A stretch of DNA of 64,000 nt from an uncultured bacterium (lineage in GTDB: Bacteria; Zhuqueibacterota; QNDG01; JAGLOF01), in assembly GCA_964621645.1 (NCBI GenBank), contig CAZUMH010000001.1, positions 26,977 to 90,976 on the forward strand. The letters run 5' to 3'. Positions 39,084 to 48,422 of the stretch are shown in pieces. Numbering within the stretch: the first letter of the stretch is position 1; each line of letters begins with the position of its first letter. Position numbers and translations under genes: made by a program. The notes under the pieces were generated by a model. That model searched no databases, was not told where the DNA came from, and worked only from the letters and a program-made list of their open reading frames with translations.

Positions 39084-41750
39084 TCAATCGTTTACTGTCA
39101 ATGTTCCTCGTAATCGGATATCATTTGATGACGTTCCTATCATAATCCGGAATTCCCCCGGTTCGACGATCCGTTTTAAATTAATATCCAGCATGGACAG
39201 CAGCTCCGGTGTGATCTTAAAAAACAATTCTTTTGTTTCACCCTTCCTGAGATGGACTCTTTGGAAACCCTTTAATTCCATCACCGGACGCGCCACGGAA
39301 GCGAACAGATCCTTGATATACAGCTGCACTACTTCGTCCCCGTCGTAATCACCGCTGTTTGTAACATGAAACCTGAGGACATTGCTTTCATCTGTATCGA
39401 TATCAGGTTTTTCGATGATCAGATCGCTGTAATGAAAAACGGAATAACTCAATCCGAACCCAAAAGGAAAGAGCGGCTTCCCGGTAAGATTGAGATAATC
39501 ATCACCCCGTCCGGTGGGTTTGTGATTATAATACAGAGGAAGCTGCCCTTCATGCATCGGGAACGTAATGGGCAGGCGGCCGGCGGGATTGTATTCCCCG
39601 AACAGGACATCCGCCACCGCGTTACCCCCTTCTTCGCCCGGATACCAGACATCGAGGATTGCGGACACCTTGTCTATCCAGCTACTCATGGTAACGGCGC
39701 TTCCGCCCACTAACAGGACCACGACGGGCTTGCCGGTAGCGGCGACGGCGTTGATTAATTCCTCCTGATGCCCCGGCAGACGCAGCAGAGCCCTGTCCCG
39801 GAATTCGCCTTCCTCGAGGCCGGCCGCGATAAGGGCGACATCACTTTTTTGGGCCGCGGCGACGGCCTTTCGGATCTCATCCCGCCAGGTCGGCTTGACT
39901 CCCATGTTCCAGACCAGATTCAGCCGGACATTTCCCGCGGTTTCATAAAACTCCACCTTGATATCGTACTCTTTTCCCTTTTCAAAGGAATAGTCTCCCG
40001 TTATCCGCCGGAAAGTCTGCTTTTTCCAGTCGTCCACGATCAGCTCACCATTAATGTAAAGGCGGTAGCCGTCATCCCCCTCCAGGCCGATCTTGAACGT
40101 ACCCGTTTCAGTCGCCCGCAGCGTTCCTGTCCAGCGGACCGAAAACCAGTCATAATTGATTTTCTCCGGATCCGGTGAAAACAGGGTCCAGCGGCATTGG
40201 ATATTCCGATCTATTCTTTTTAAGGCGGGACTGCCTTCCAGCCCGGGATTGTTGAAATATGCCGCGTTCAACCCTGATCTCTTTGCACCGTTCTCAGTAT
40301 GGGAAAGGACGTGGGGGGGGACGACGGCGAAATCCGCCGCTTCTCTGCCACATCCGGGGGAATAGGTGATCTGACAGGTGCCGCCGACTCTGTTTTCAAT
40401 TCCTTTCAGGATGCTGACCGGATCGATTCCCGGTCCGGAATATCCGCCCAGTCTGGCCTCCGCGGCATCACTGCCGATAACGGCAATGGAACGAATCCGT
40501 TTGTCCAGCGGCAGAGTATTCTCGTTGTTTTTCAGCAGCACTATCGATTCCCGGGCCGCTTTCCGTGCCAGTTTCCGGTGTTCCGGACTGCCGTTCCATT
40601 TACCGGCTTCAGCGGGATCGACATAAGGGTTCTCGAATAATCCCAGTCTGAATTTGGCCCGCAGCACCCGCCGTACGGCCTCATCGATGGCGGCCTCAGC
40701 GATCATGCCCTTTTCAAATGCTTCCCAGAAAAGCGGATAATGGTCATAGGATGTCTGGAAGATAACATCCAGGCCGTTCTCGAGCGCCTGCTGCGTGGAC
40801 TCGGCGTAATTCCTGGCCGTGAAATGCAACACATTGGCCCCGCCGGTCGCCCCGGCATCGGAGATGACAAATCCGGTGAAGCCCCATTCTTTTTTTAATT
40901 TCTGATGCAGCAGCCAGTCATTCGCCGTGCAGGGACGGCCGTCCAGGGAATTATACGCCGTCATGATGGATGTCGCCCCTGCTTTCTGGATACACGCCTT
41001 GAAGGCGGGAAAATATATCTCATCCAGCAGTCTCTCATTGAAATGGATGGGATAGCTGTCCCGACCGCCGTCTCCGACATTGGCCACAAAGTGCTTGGGC
41101 GTGGCAATCACGCCGTTCCTTTCAAAGGAGAAAACAAAGGCGACTCCCATCCGGGTCGTCAGGAAAGGATCCTCTCCATAGGTCTCTTCCGTTCTGCCCC
41201 ATCGGGGATCCCGGGCGATATTGATTACCGGGGAGAGAACCTGGCGGATGCCGCGGAATTTCACCTCCATGGCGACGGCTTCGGCGACGTCTCCCATCAG
41301 CGCGGTATCCCATGTCGCCGCCAGTCCGATCGCCTGGGGAAAGGCCGTTGCCCCTTTCCTGATGAGGCCATGCAGCGCCTCGTCGAAGGGAATGATCGGG
41401 ATTCCCAATCTCGTTTCTTCAACAAAATACTTCTGGATACCGTTGATCAGCTCGGCAGTTTTCCCGGCGACCTCACCTTCATAACTGTCCAATATCTGTC
41501 CGGCCGCGTTTTGGGATGATCCGCTTGAGGCGTTAAAACCGAAGATACCGTACCGGTATCGTTCTTTTCCATCCGACAGGTCACCGGGAATCATGAATAA
41601 CTGCCAGAATTTTTCCTCTATGGTCATTCTTTTCAGCAAGTCATCCACTCTTCTTTCAACGGGCAGATTGGGATTTTTGTAGTCAGGGTGCTGTCCGTAT
41701 AAGGGAGCGAAGAAACACAAGAGGAGACCGAGATTAATAAACGTCTTCAT
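39084..41750 (-). CDS. Glycoside hydrolase family 3 (beta-glucosidase/beta-xylosidase, BglX-like) with PA14 insertion and Fn3-like C-terminal domain
   Basis: GH3 N-domain (LGIPIIPFDEALHGL, RDPRWGRTEETYGEDPFL, nucleophile region GFVISDAGA). PA14 insert (YFNNPGLEGSPALKRI...FSVRWTGTL...GDDGYRLYINGELIVDDW). GH3 C-domain and Fn3-like tail. Confidence 0.9.
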   Translation of the reverse strand: MKTFINLGLLLCFFAPLYGQHPDYKNPNLPVERRVDDLLKRMTIEEKFWQLFMIPGDLSDGKERYRYGIFGFNASSGSSQNAAGQILDSYEGEVAGKTAELINGIQKYFVEETRLGIPIIPFDEALHGLIRKGATAFPQAIGLAATWDTALMGDVAEAVAMEVKFRGIRQVLSPVINIARDPRWGRTEETYGEDPFLTTRMGVAFVFSFERNGVIATPKHFVANVGDGGRDSYPIHFNERLLDEIYFPAFKACIQKAGATSIMTAYNSLDGRPCTANDWLLHQKLKKEWGFTGFVISDAGATGGANVLHFTARNYAESTQQALENGLDVIFQTSYDHYPLFWEAFEKGMIAEAAIDEAVRRVLRAKFRLGLFENPYVDPAEAGKWNGSPEHRKLARKAARESIVLLKNNENTLPLDKRIRSIAVIGSDAAEARLGGYSGPGIDPVSILKGIENRVGGTCQITYSPGCGREAADFAVVPPHVLSHTENGAKRSGLNAAYFNNPGLEGSPALKRIDRNIQCRWTLFSPDPEKINYDWFSVRWTGTLRATETGTFKIGLEGDDGYRLYINGELIVDDWKKQTFRRITGDYSFEKGKEYDIKVEFYETAGNVRLNLVWNMGVKPTWRDEIRKAVAAAQKSDVALIAAGLEEGEFRDRALLRLPGHQEELINAVAATGKPVVVLLVGGSAVTMSSWIDKVSAILDVWYPGEEGGNAVADVLFGEYNPAGRLPITFPMHEGQLPLYYNHKPTGRGDDYLNLTGKPLFPFGFGLSYSVFHYSDLIIEKPDIDTDESNVLRFHVTNSGDYDGDEVVQLYIKDLFASVARPVMELKGFQRVHLRKGETKELFFKITPELLSMLDINLKRIVEPGEFRIMIGTSSNDIRLRGTLTVND

Positions 41751-41882
41751 ATTCTCTTCTTTTTTTTTGGAGAATAATCCGGAGAGGATAGTATGATGTT
41801 TATGCCTTCCGGGATACCTGTCCGGAACATTCGGAGATATCAGAGCCTACCCGTTCCGCGTTTCGGAACTGCTTCTATTCAC

Positions 41883-42218
41883 TTATTGGTGCTTACGAAG
41901 CTTTTCCAAGACGGCGCCGGCTTCGGGGGCGATTTTAATAAAATTCATTATTGTCTCACATCCGTAATCGTCACAGGCGGCACAATGTTCAACATTCCTG
42001 GAAATACAGCATTTCCGGATTTCGCAAATATTCTCACAATAAAAGAATTTTTTCCCCGTTGCAGTGCAGCCGTCACAGTTAATGCTTTCCGGCGTGATAT
42101 CGGACTTGTACATCTGGGTCCATTTCTCCGCTACTTCGGATCTGGCACGATCATCATCCGCTTGAGTAGCAAGATAGGCTTCACACTGTGAACAATCCAA
42201 CCCGCAATAAGCGATCAT
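41883..42218 (-). CDS. Cysteine-rich DUF3795-family protein
   Basis: [15 protein letters not shown]...CDGCTATG...[11 protein letters not shown]...CAACDDYGC. Multiple CxxC clusters typical of DUF3795. Confidence 0.55.
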   Translation of the reverse strand: MIAYCGLDCSQCEAYLATQADDDRARSEVAEKWTQMYKSDITPESINCDGCTATGKKFFYCENICEIRKCCISRNVEHCAACDDYGCETIMNFIKIAPEAGAVLEKLRKHQ

Positions 42219-42326
42219 TTTTCTCTCCCGTTAGCTTAAATGGTAAAATGGACTTCTCCCCGATCTTACTGCGCTCCTGCGTTCCATTGGAGAGCGAATC
42301 GGATTCCACACGCTTCCGCTCCAGTT

Positions 42327-43286
42327 CTAGTAGCGGACGTTTATTTTTTTTTCTGCAGCGTTTTTACTGATTTTCTTCTCAAGCAATTGATAGATCGAAT
42401 CCGCGAACCTGACACCCAAATCCAGATACCCATTGCTGTCGTAATGCCAGGGATCGGAATAGTAATAATACCTGGTGGTCCTGACGATCATGGCATTTGT
42501 ATCCGTCCTGGCATACTTCTCTTCGGCGTACTGCACCAATTCACCGTAGTTCCAGACTTTCCCGTCACTGTCATTCCAGGAATCAGATATTTTGCCTATG
42601 ACAACAGGGAGATCATCGGTATGCAGGCTGGCCCGGATCAAATCCATCAGTCTCTTTAAATTTTGATAGTAACGATTTGCTATTTTTTCATTAAAGGATG
42701 CATCCGCTTCTCCCTGCATCCAGACGATCCCTGAAGGGATGAGGATATCTTCCCTTCCGTCTTTATCGATATCCTTGACCGACAGGGCCTGATGTACTGT
42801 TCTAAGGAAATGATCGTATTGATTGATTCCGTTTTCCCCTTCAAAGTCCGGTTCCCAGCAGCCGAAATACCCCGCTGCCATGGAATCGATGGAGGTTCCT
42901 CCCCGGGAGTATTTGATCAGGGCGATCTTTTCACCAGGATATAACTTCTGCAACCGTTTGGCAAATGCCAGCTCGACTCCAAACCGGTCGGAATAATGAT
43001 TCTTCTTGCCGTCGGAGGTAAAACCAACCCCGTGTCCAGGTTTCAATTTCTCCCAGAAGCCCAATCCCCCCGAACTGTCCCCGTCCGCGGCGGAATTGCC
43101 CTGGAATATCCAGACATTTGACCGGGTTTTAAAAGAATCCGGTAGATCTTTTACATAACCGTATCCATCCATATTCGACTGGCCGCCCAGGAAAAACACC
43201 CGGATTTCATTCCTGTTTTTCCCTTGGCCGAAGGCGAAGAATGGGAGTAACGCCACGCACAGGATGATCATTACTATTCTTTTCAT
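42327..43286 (-). CDS. SGNH-hydrolase carbohydrate esterase, sialate-O-acetylesterase (SASA/DUF303) type, putative acetylxylan esterase
   Basis: Signal peptide, then the hallmark GQSNMDG motif of SASA-domain esterases. C-terminal DPWHYD catalytic His region. Confidence 0.8.
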   Translation of the reverse strand: MKRIVMIILCVALLPFFAFGQGKNRNEIRVFFLGGQSNMDGYGYVKDLPDSFKTRSNVWIFQGNSAADGDSSGGLGFWEKLKPGHGVGFTSDGKKNHYSDRFGVELAFAKRLQKLYPGEKIALIKYSRGGTSIDSMAAGYFGCWEPDFEGENGINQYDHFLRTVHQALSVKDIDKDGREDILIPSGIVWMQGEADASFNEKIANRYYQNLKRLMDLIRASLHTDDLPVVIGKISDSWNDSDGKVWNYGELVQYAEEKYARTDTNAMIVRTTRYYYYSDPWHYDSNGYLDLGVRFADSIYQLLEKKISKNAAEKKINVRY

Positions 43287-43419
43287 GATCGCTCCTCTGA
43301 ATTAAATAATCTCAAGTCGATTTTGAATGAAAGATCAGTGTATGAAATATAATCAAATCAAACAGGTTTTGCAATGAAGGGATAGCGCCATTCACTGATC
43401 ACCTGATTCGAGGCGGCCC
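43287..43419. repeat. Promoter/5'-leader segment of the SGNH esterase gene, duplicated at 47889-48012
   Basis: About 75-80% identity over ~130 bp with 47889-48012. This includes the block AACAGGTTTTGCAATGAAGGGATAGCGCCATTCACTGATCACCTGATTCGAGGCGGCCC (43361-43419), which matches 47954-48012. Confidence 0.6.
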
Positions 43420-43576
43420 TACAATCTTTATCAACTTCGGTAGAATCACTTCCGGATGTACACCGCTCAACAATCTTCATCTTTTTAATTAAATGAATCG
43501 TAATGGTGGGAGTTTTAATTGCCACTGCTACTATTTTCCCGGGATCTAAAAGCGGTTAAAGAAATTTCGTTATTTA

Positions 43577-44269
43577 TCAAATTCTTATCAAAAATTGATA
43601 TAATGGCCCCAGGGTAAAGAAAGCCTCGATCAATTCATCGACCAATTTCGCCGAAAACAATATTTCATCTATAGATTTATTTCGACAGAAATAGAAGGAC
43701 TTTAGCTGGAACCATTCCTGTAGATCTTCCGGGCAATCATTTTTAATCGGTTTTTTATATTGTTCCCCTTCCAGACTGAATGGACTATCACTTTCTCTGT
43801 AAAAAGCAATTGCCCTTTTAAAGGATTTACTATTCTGACTTATCGCCTCTCTAAAATTATCCATGACTTTTCTGGAAGCACTGTAAAAACCCATGCCGTA
43901 TCTGTAGGAATCTACGGATATCTCAAAAAAATATCCAATTGACTCTTCCTGCCAGTTTTTCGATGGCCGTTTAAACACGATCCACATCTTATCCTTGAAA
44001 AGTGATTTATCTCTGGAGAATCGGGTGTCACGATAGATTCGTGATATTGTCCTGTTAATCGATGGCCTCGTTTCGAAATAGGGATCGATTGTCAGCATCG
44101 CTTCTTCCAGATCACCAACTAATTGCCGAAGTGGATCTAACAACATTCTTTGATACTCCGAATTAGGCTGTTGGAACCATGGTTTACTGTTGTTCTCTCT
44201 TACATTCCTGAGGAACTCCAGAGTGGCAGGGGAAAAACCGGAAAATGATTTGATATCTTGTTCATTCAT
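43577..44269 (-). CDS. DUF2461 (TIGR02453) family protein
   Basis: FLRNVRENNSKPWFQQP...YQ...DPYF...SRIYRDTRFSRDKSLFKD is the conserved DUF2461 signature. Confidence 0.75.
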   Translation of the reverse strand: MNEQDIKSFSGFSPATLEFLRNVRENNSKPWFQQPNSEYQRMLLDPLRQLVGDLEEAMLTIDPYFETRPSINRTISRIYRDTRFSRDKSLFKDKMWIVFKRPSKNWQEESIGYFFEISVDSYRYGMGFYSASRKVMDNFREAISQNSKSFKRAIAFYRESDSPFSLEGEQYKKPIKNDCPEDLQEWFQLKSFYFCRNKSIDEILFSAKLVDELIEAFFTLGPLYQFLIRI

Positions 44270-44513
44270 ATGAGTACTCTTATGGGAATAATGGTGTTAG
44301 GCACACAATCCTCCTAGTCCGGAAGGAGCTATTAGAACTGTTCTTTTCATTGCTATGTATCTTTTAAATGCCCGCCTTAATTTCACCCTGTGAATGAAAT
44401 CCTTTACGGACCTGCCGAAAGACGGAAATTGATCCGACTTGCTTAAATCGATTCGTCCGAAGAAGGCACATTCCTGATGAATATCCAAGATGAGCGGAGT
44501 TTCCTGTCACACC

Positions 44514-45512
44514 TCAGTGCCGCTGGGCCACATAAATATCCGACTCTATCTTATGTCCTTCATCATCATAGAATACATGGGTGAAATAGAGATTGCCCGC
44601 GGCGTCCAGACCCGGATCGCCGACATAGTTGGACACGATCTCTTCCGGAGTGCTCCAGGTATCACCGGATTTTCTTGATCTGAAAACTGCCGGCCCGCCA
44701 TAGCCCAGACCGCTTACTCTCGCGAACCAAAGATCAGCGCCATCCGCTGAAACAAAGGGTTGCCCTTCATTTCCGGACGTGTTAACCAGAGCGCCGAGAT
44801 TAACCGGTACGGACCAGCTCTCGCCCTGCCGGACTGTATGCCAGATATCGAGGTCGTTGCCCGAATTCGATTGTGCGCCAAAAAAAAGAGTCTTACCGCC
44901 CGCGGTCGGGTATAATTCACCAGCATCGAAATCCTGATTTAACTGTTCGCCGGCGTTCTGCCAGTTGGTCCAGGTCCCTTTGGAAAGTACCGCGGTCCAG
45001 ATATCCAGATCGCCGTAATTCCCCGCTCTGGCCGAACCGAACCAAAGTGTGTCTCCCTGGACGGCAAAAGGACCGTCCAGGTGCAGTTCACCCGGATCAG
45101 CCAGCCGGGCCCGTACCGGTTCCGTCCAGGAGGAGCCGTCCCAGGTGCACCACCACACACCGCTGACACCGTCGAAGAGCTGATCCTCAGCCGGAATGTT
45201 CCCGTCGGGCGTGAAGAAGAAGATGAATGTACTGCCGTCAGGAGTGATCACGGGGGCATCCTCAATACCGGCGGTGTTGATTGGACCGGCCATAGGGACT
45301 GTATCATAAAAGTCTGCGGAATGGAGCACGGGCGGAAAGTAATCAGTGGCGGGAGTCATTTTGACAGCATCCGCGGCAAGAGATTCCTCACGGGTCATTT
45401 CTTCCGAATCATCAGGATTTTGCTTGAGAGAACATCCGTAAAAAATAAAAATGACAGCTATCAAATGAATCTCAGGCGATAATGTCAACCACGAGAGCTT
45501 TTTTGTAATCAT
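44514..45512 (-). CDS. Lipoprotein with TolB-like PD40 beta-propeller repeats
   Basis: Lipobox FYGCS. ITPDGSTFIFFFT, LWFGSARAGNYGDLDIW and LFFGAQSNSGNDLDIW repeats. This is a paralog of 29247-30152. Confidence 0.65.
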   Translation of the reverse strand: MITKKLSWLTLSPEIHLIAVIFIFYGCSLKQNPDDSEEMTREESLAADAVKMTPATDYFPPVLHSADFYDTVPMAGPINTAGIEDAPVITPDGSTFIFFFTPDGNIPAEDQLFDGVSGVWWCTWDGSSWTEPVRARLADPGELHLDGPFAVQGDTLWFGSARAGNYGDLDIWTAVLSKGTWTNWQNAGEQLNQDFDAGELYPTAGGKTLFFGAQSNSGNDLDIWHTVRQGESWSVPVNLGALVNTSGNEGQPFVSADGADLWFARVSGLGYGGPAVFRSRKSGDTWSTPEEIVSNYVGDPGLDAAGNLYFTHVFYDDEGHKIESDIYVAQRH

Positions 45513-45597
45513 ATCAATGATTGGACTGATAATAATGATTATTCATAGGACAAACGAGTACGACCGAGCCAGGATCGATGGCAACAAACAAGAATTA

Positions 45598-46473
45598 CTA
45601 AATAAACTCACCCTGGGCCACGATGATACTTTTCCCACCGATAGAAATAGTAATGTTTTCACCGCTCTTTTCAGCTTTTAAAAGCAAAAGAGACGGCCTG
45701 CCGATTTCATACCCTTGTTCACTGCGGATATCGATGCTGTTTTTTCCAAAATAGCGATATTTCACCAGGTACCCCGCCAGGCAGCCGTTACCGCTGCCCG
45801 TTGCCGGATCTTCGGGAATTCCGTAATAATCAACAAATACCCGCACACTGATATCATTCTCAGGTTTGTGTGTTTCGGGGCAAAAAATCAGAACCCCCTT
45901 TGCCTCTGTATCCTTTATCAATGTAAAATACTTATCCTTTTCGAGTTTCGTCTTTTTCAGCGCTGCAATATTCTTCAACGGCACGATGAAAAAAGGCAAT
46001 CCGGTGGATACTTCCTGAATCGGAAAACGATTGTCAATATCAGTGAGATCTATACCAAGAATACGCGCAAGTTTTTCAGGTTCGTGTTGTTTACCGAAAT
46101 CCGGCTGAATTTGTTTCATCCAGCAACCGCCGTCTTTTAAAAAAGTAACTGGTATCCGGCCCACCTTCAAATTGAGCACAACATCACCGGATTGATCCGG
46201 AATAATGACGCTGTGAATGACATGGGCCGTTCCTAGGGTTGGATGACCAGCAAAAGGGACTTCTTCATTCGGCGTAAATATGCGAACATCAAAGCCGCCG
46301 TTGTTTTTTTCATCTGAAAGGATGAATGTGGTCTCAGAGAAATTTATCTCTCTGGCGATGCCTTGCATTTCTTCGCCACTGATTTTACCGGCGTAGCGAA
46401 ACACTGCCAGTTGGTTACCCGCATATTTTTTCTCGGCAAAGACATCAACGATGTAGAAAGTAAGTCCTTTCAT
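45598..46473 (-). CDS. PhzF-family isomerase (phenazine biosynthesis-like protein, DapF-like fold)
   Basis: FYIVDVFAEKKYAGNQLAVF...INFSETTFIL...RIFTPNEEVPFAGHPTLGTA shows the canonical PhzF motifs, including the catalytic Glu in SETTF. Confidence 0.85.
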   Translation of the reverse strand: MKGLTFYIVDVFAEKKYAGNQLAVFRYAGKISGEEMQGIAREINFSETTFILSDEKNNGGFDVRIFTPNEEVPFAGHPTLGTAHVIHSVIIPDQSGDVVLNLKVGRIPVTFLKDGGCWMKQIQPDFGKQHEPEKLARILGIDLTDIDNRFPIQEVSTGLPFFIVPLKNIAALKKTKLEKDKYFTLIKDTEAKGVLIFCPETHKPENDISVRVFVDYYGIPEDPATGSGNGCLAGYLVKYRYFGKNSIDIRSEQGYEIGRPSLLLLKAEKSGENITISIGGKSIIVAQGEFI

Positions 46474-46543
46474 GGTATTTACTCCGGAATGTGATGAAAT
46501 GTTTACTTTTATTCCGCTGTAGACCTGTGTATCATGTCGCTGT

Positions 46544-47374
46544 TTATCGCCGACGGGTCTCTACTAAAATCGTGAGTGCCATTTGGGACACAATCGTCGG
46601 AAGGTTTTGAGAGTCACCTTCATAATTATTACTCCATAAATGCGTATCCGTAGCTACTTCGATCAGGGTTACATTGATTCGTATTCTATCTCCTCTTGCC
46701 ATTACCGTTCCTTCTATAATTGCATCGGCGGACAGTTCACGCCCTATCTCGGTCACCTGTCGATACGGATCATAGTGTTGCATTACTGCCTCCCGCGATA
46801 TGACCTTTTTTACAGGCATTTGAGACAGGTTTTTAATAAGACTACCAGTTATCTCGTCAGCTAAGTTCTCGTGCCCAGGCTCATTTGATATGTTTGTGAA
46901 CGGTAACACTGCGATCGATTCGATCTTAGGAGCCGCTAAAGGAGCTGAAGGAAAATTGTACAAATAAATCATAGGCCAGACGAGGGCAATAAGGCCAATC
47001 ACGGCAAGAATAGCAACCGTGAAGCCTGTTGATTGTGAACCTGACGACAATTCTCCAAATCGATTGTCCCCTTGAGTGCCTGCGGAAAGGCCAGCCTCAA
47101 TAAAAGCCCAGAATGGACCAACAAGGGGAATAAGGGAAACGAAAATATACCACCCTGACTTATTCCGATCATGCCAGCGTTTAATCATGACCGCAATGGC
47201 TGGCCACGCTGACAAGAATATTACCGCACATGCGACTATTCCTCCGGCCCGTGTCATGAAATCAATGAGACAGGCAATATTCCAGAGTGCATAGATGGGA
47301 ATGAGCCCCCTAAGCCAAAACGTCCGACGATCGATGCGTCCCTTGGGCGATAAATATAGTTGTATGAATGGCAT
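46544..47374 (-). CDS. DUF805-domain inner-membrane protein with additional C-terminal extracytoplasmic domain
   Basis: GRIDRRTFWLRGLIPIYALW...MIKRWHDRNKSGWYIFVSLIPLVGPFWAFIE is the DUF805 (YhaH-like) core. A TM follows, then a ~130-aa C-terminal domain of unknown type. Confidence 0.7.
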   Translation of the reverse strand: MPFIQLYLSPKGRIDRRTFWLRGLIPIYALWNIACLIDFMTRAGGIVACAVIFLSAWPAIAVMIKRWHDRNKSGWYIFVSLIPLVGPFWAFIEAGLSAGTQGDNRFGELSSGSQSTGFTVAILAVIGLIALVWPMIYLYNFPSAPLAAPKIESIAVLPFTNISNEPGHENLADEITGSLIKNLSQMPVKKVISREAVMQHYDPYRQVTEIGRELSADAIIEGTVMARGDRIRINVTLIEVATDTHLWSNNYEGDSQNLPTIVSQMALTILVETRRR

Positions 47375-47520
47375 ATTTCACTCCTCCCAAATTGGTTTAC
47401 ATGTACCCAAACGTATATCCTAAATCATGTAAAAGAACTTGACTCAGCAGTAACAATATCCCCGGGTGAATGTATATATGAGAAACCTGATTATTCGCAA
47501 AACTAATAATCTTGTTCAGC

Positions 47521-47793
47521 AGGGGCTCATGCCCCTACGGAGTAAAATCAATACAAATTAAATTACTTTAATTCTTGTCCCGCTAGGGACAAAATGTTTA
47601 TATGACACCCTCCCCTATTGATCAAGTCCCGTTAGGGACGAAATAATATCTCTCCCCATGAAGGCTCATGACCTTGCAGATAAAAATATTATTGCACAAC
47701 ACTAAAAACCTGTCCCGGTATTCTTTAGGTCGGGAGGCATGACGAAGGACAATTTCCCCTCTCCGCGGGGGCTCATGCCCCTGCGGAGTAAGA
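47521..47793. repeat. Cluster of short hairpin-forming repeats (MITE/REP-like). Two copies of GGGGCTCATGCCCCT(A/G)CGGAGTAA flank two copies of (C)TTGTCCCG(C/T)TAGGGAC(A/G)AAAT plus degenerate relatives.
   Basis: Read directly: 47521-47547 and 47767-47793 are a direct repeat, each with a 5-bp stem GGGGC/GCCCC. 47575-47596 and 47624-47645 are each GTCCC-GNTA-GGGAC palindromes. Degenerate copies lie at 47661-47677 and 47709-47744. The right-hand copy sits exactly where homology of the truncated esterase fragment ends. Confidence 0.5.
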
Positions 47794-47888
47794 AAAAACA
47801 CCCGGATAAGATTCTGATTATTTGCTTGGCCGAAGACAAATAACGGCATAAGGATCAAGCAAAGGATAAGCATCCGTTTTATTTTCAT
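47622..47888 (-). pseudogene. Truncated duplicate of the 5' end (signal peptide + first ~33 codons) of the SGNH/SASA esterase gene 42327-43286
   Basis: MKIKRMLILCLILMPLFVFGQANNQNLIRVFFL aligns with MKRIVMIILCVALLPFFAFGQGKNRNEIRVFFL of the intact gene. Homology stops at the GGGGCTCATGCCCC repeat. The GQSNMDG catalytic motif is absent, and the upstream region is also duplicated. Confidence 0.55.
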
Positions 47889-48012
47889 GGCTGCTCCGCT
47901 GAATTAAATAGTATTACTGGTTATTACGATCGAAGGTTCCGTGTATAAAATATAAGCAAATCTAACAGGTTTTGCAATCAAGGGATAGTGCCATCCTCTG
48001 ATCATCTGATCC
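47889..48012. repeat. Second copy of the esterase promoter/leader segment (see 43287-43419)
   Basis: 47954-48012 (AACAGGTTTTGCAATCAAGGGATAGTGCCATCCTCTGATCATCTGATCCGAGGTCGCCC) matches 43361-43419 at ~85% identity. Confidence 0.6.
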
Positions 48013-48422
48013 GAGGTCGCCCAATGACCGGCATTATCATCATTGCAATCACCGCTGCGGGTTACCAAGTCAGGTATCTGCATAAACTGATTGAATAATA
48101 CTTCGATGGCGGATATGTGGCTTTTTCATGCAGATGTTCCTCAAGAGAGCCCAAACATACTGTCTTATCTAGCAGAAGATGCTCCGGCTTTCTACCGGGT
48201 TTGCTGATTCCTGTTAGCCTATATAGGCGGTTCGGGTATCCCACCTCAGATACTATGGGAGTTCTGGAAAATCCTTTTCGATTTAAAAAACTATTTGATA
48301 TATAATTTGAAAAAACTACATTTCAATAATATCGGTGGAGATATAAATATCGATTATAACCTCTCAAATAATAACTCAAAACATAAAGGAATTAACAAAT
48401 TAGTATCTGGAAAGGGCTTAAA

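Noticed and set aside
37916-39145. 409-aa + strand ORF antisense to GH43
   Set aside because: GH43 on the minus strand has all the catalytic motifs. The antisense translation is featureless.
43361-43419. tRNA-like fragment (TCGAATC resembles a T-loop) in the conserved block upstream of the esterase
   Set aside because: No acceptor stem, anticodon arm or CCA context could be built. The similarity is limited to 7 nt.
47575-47645. Possible CRISPR array (two GTCCCGNTAGGGAC repeats 49 bp apart)
   Set aside because: There are only two copies, and the repeats are palindromic and sit among other unrelated hairpin repeats. No cas genes are present. This is more consistent with a MITE/REP-like element.
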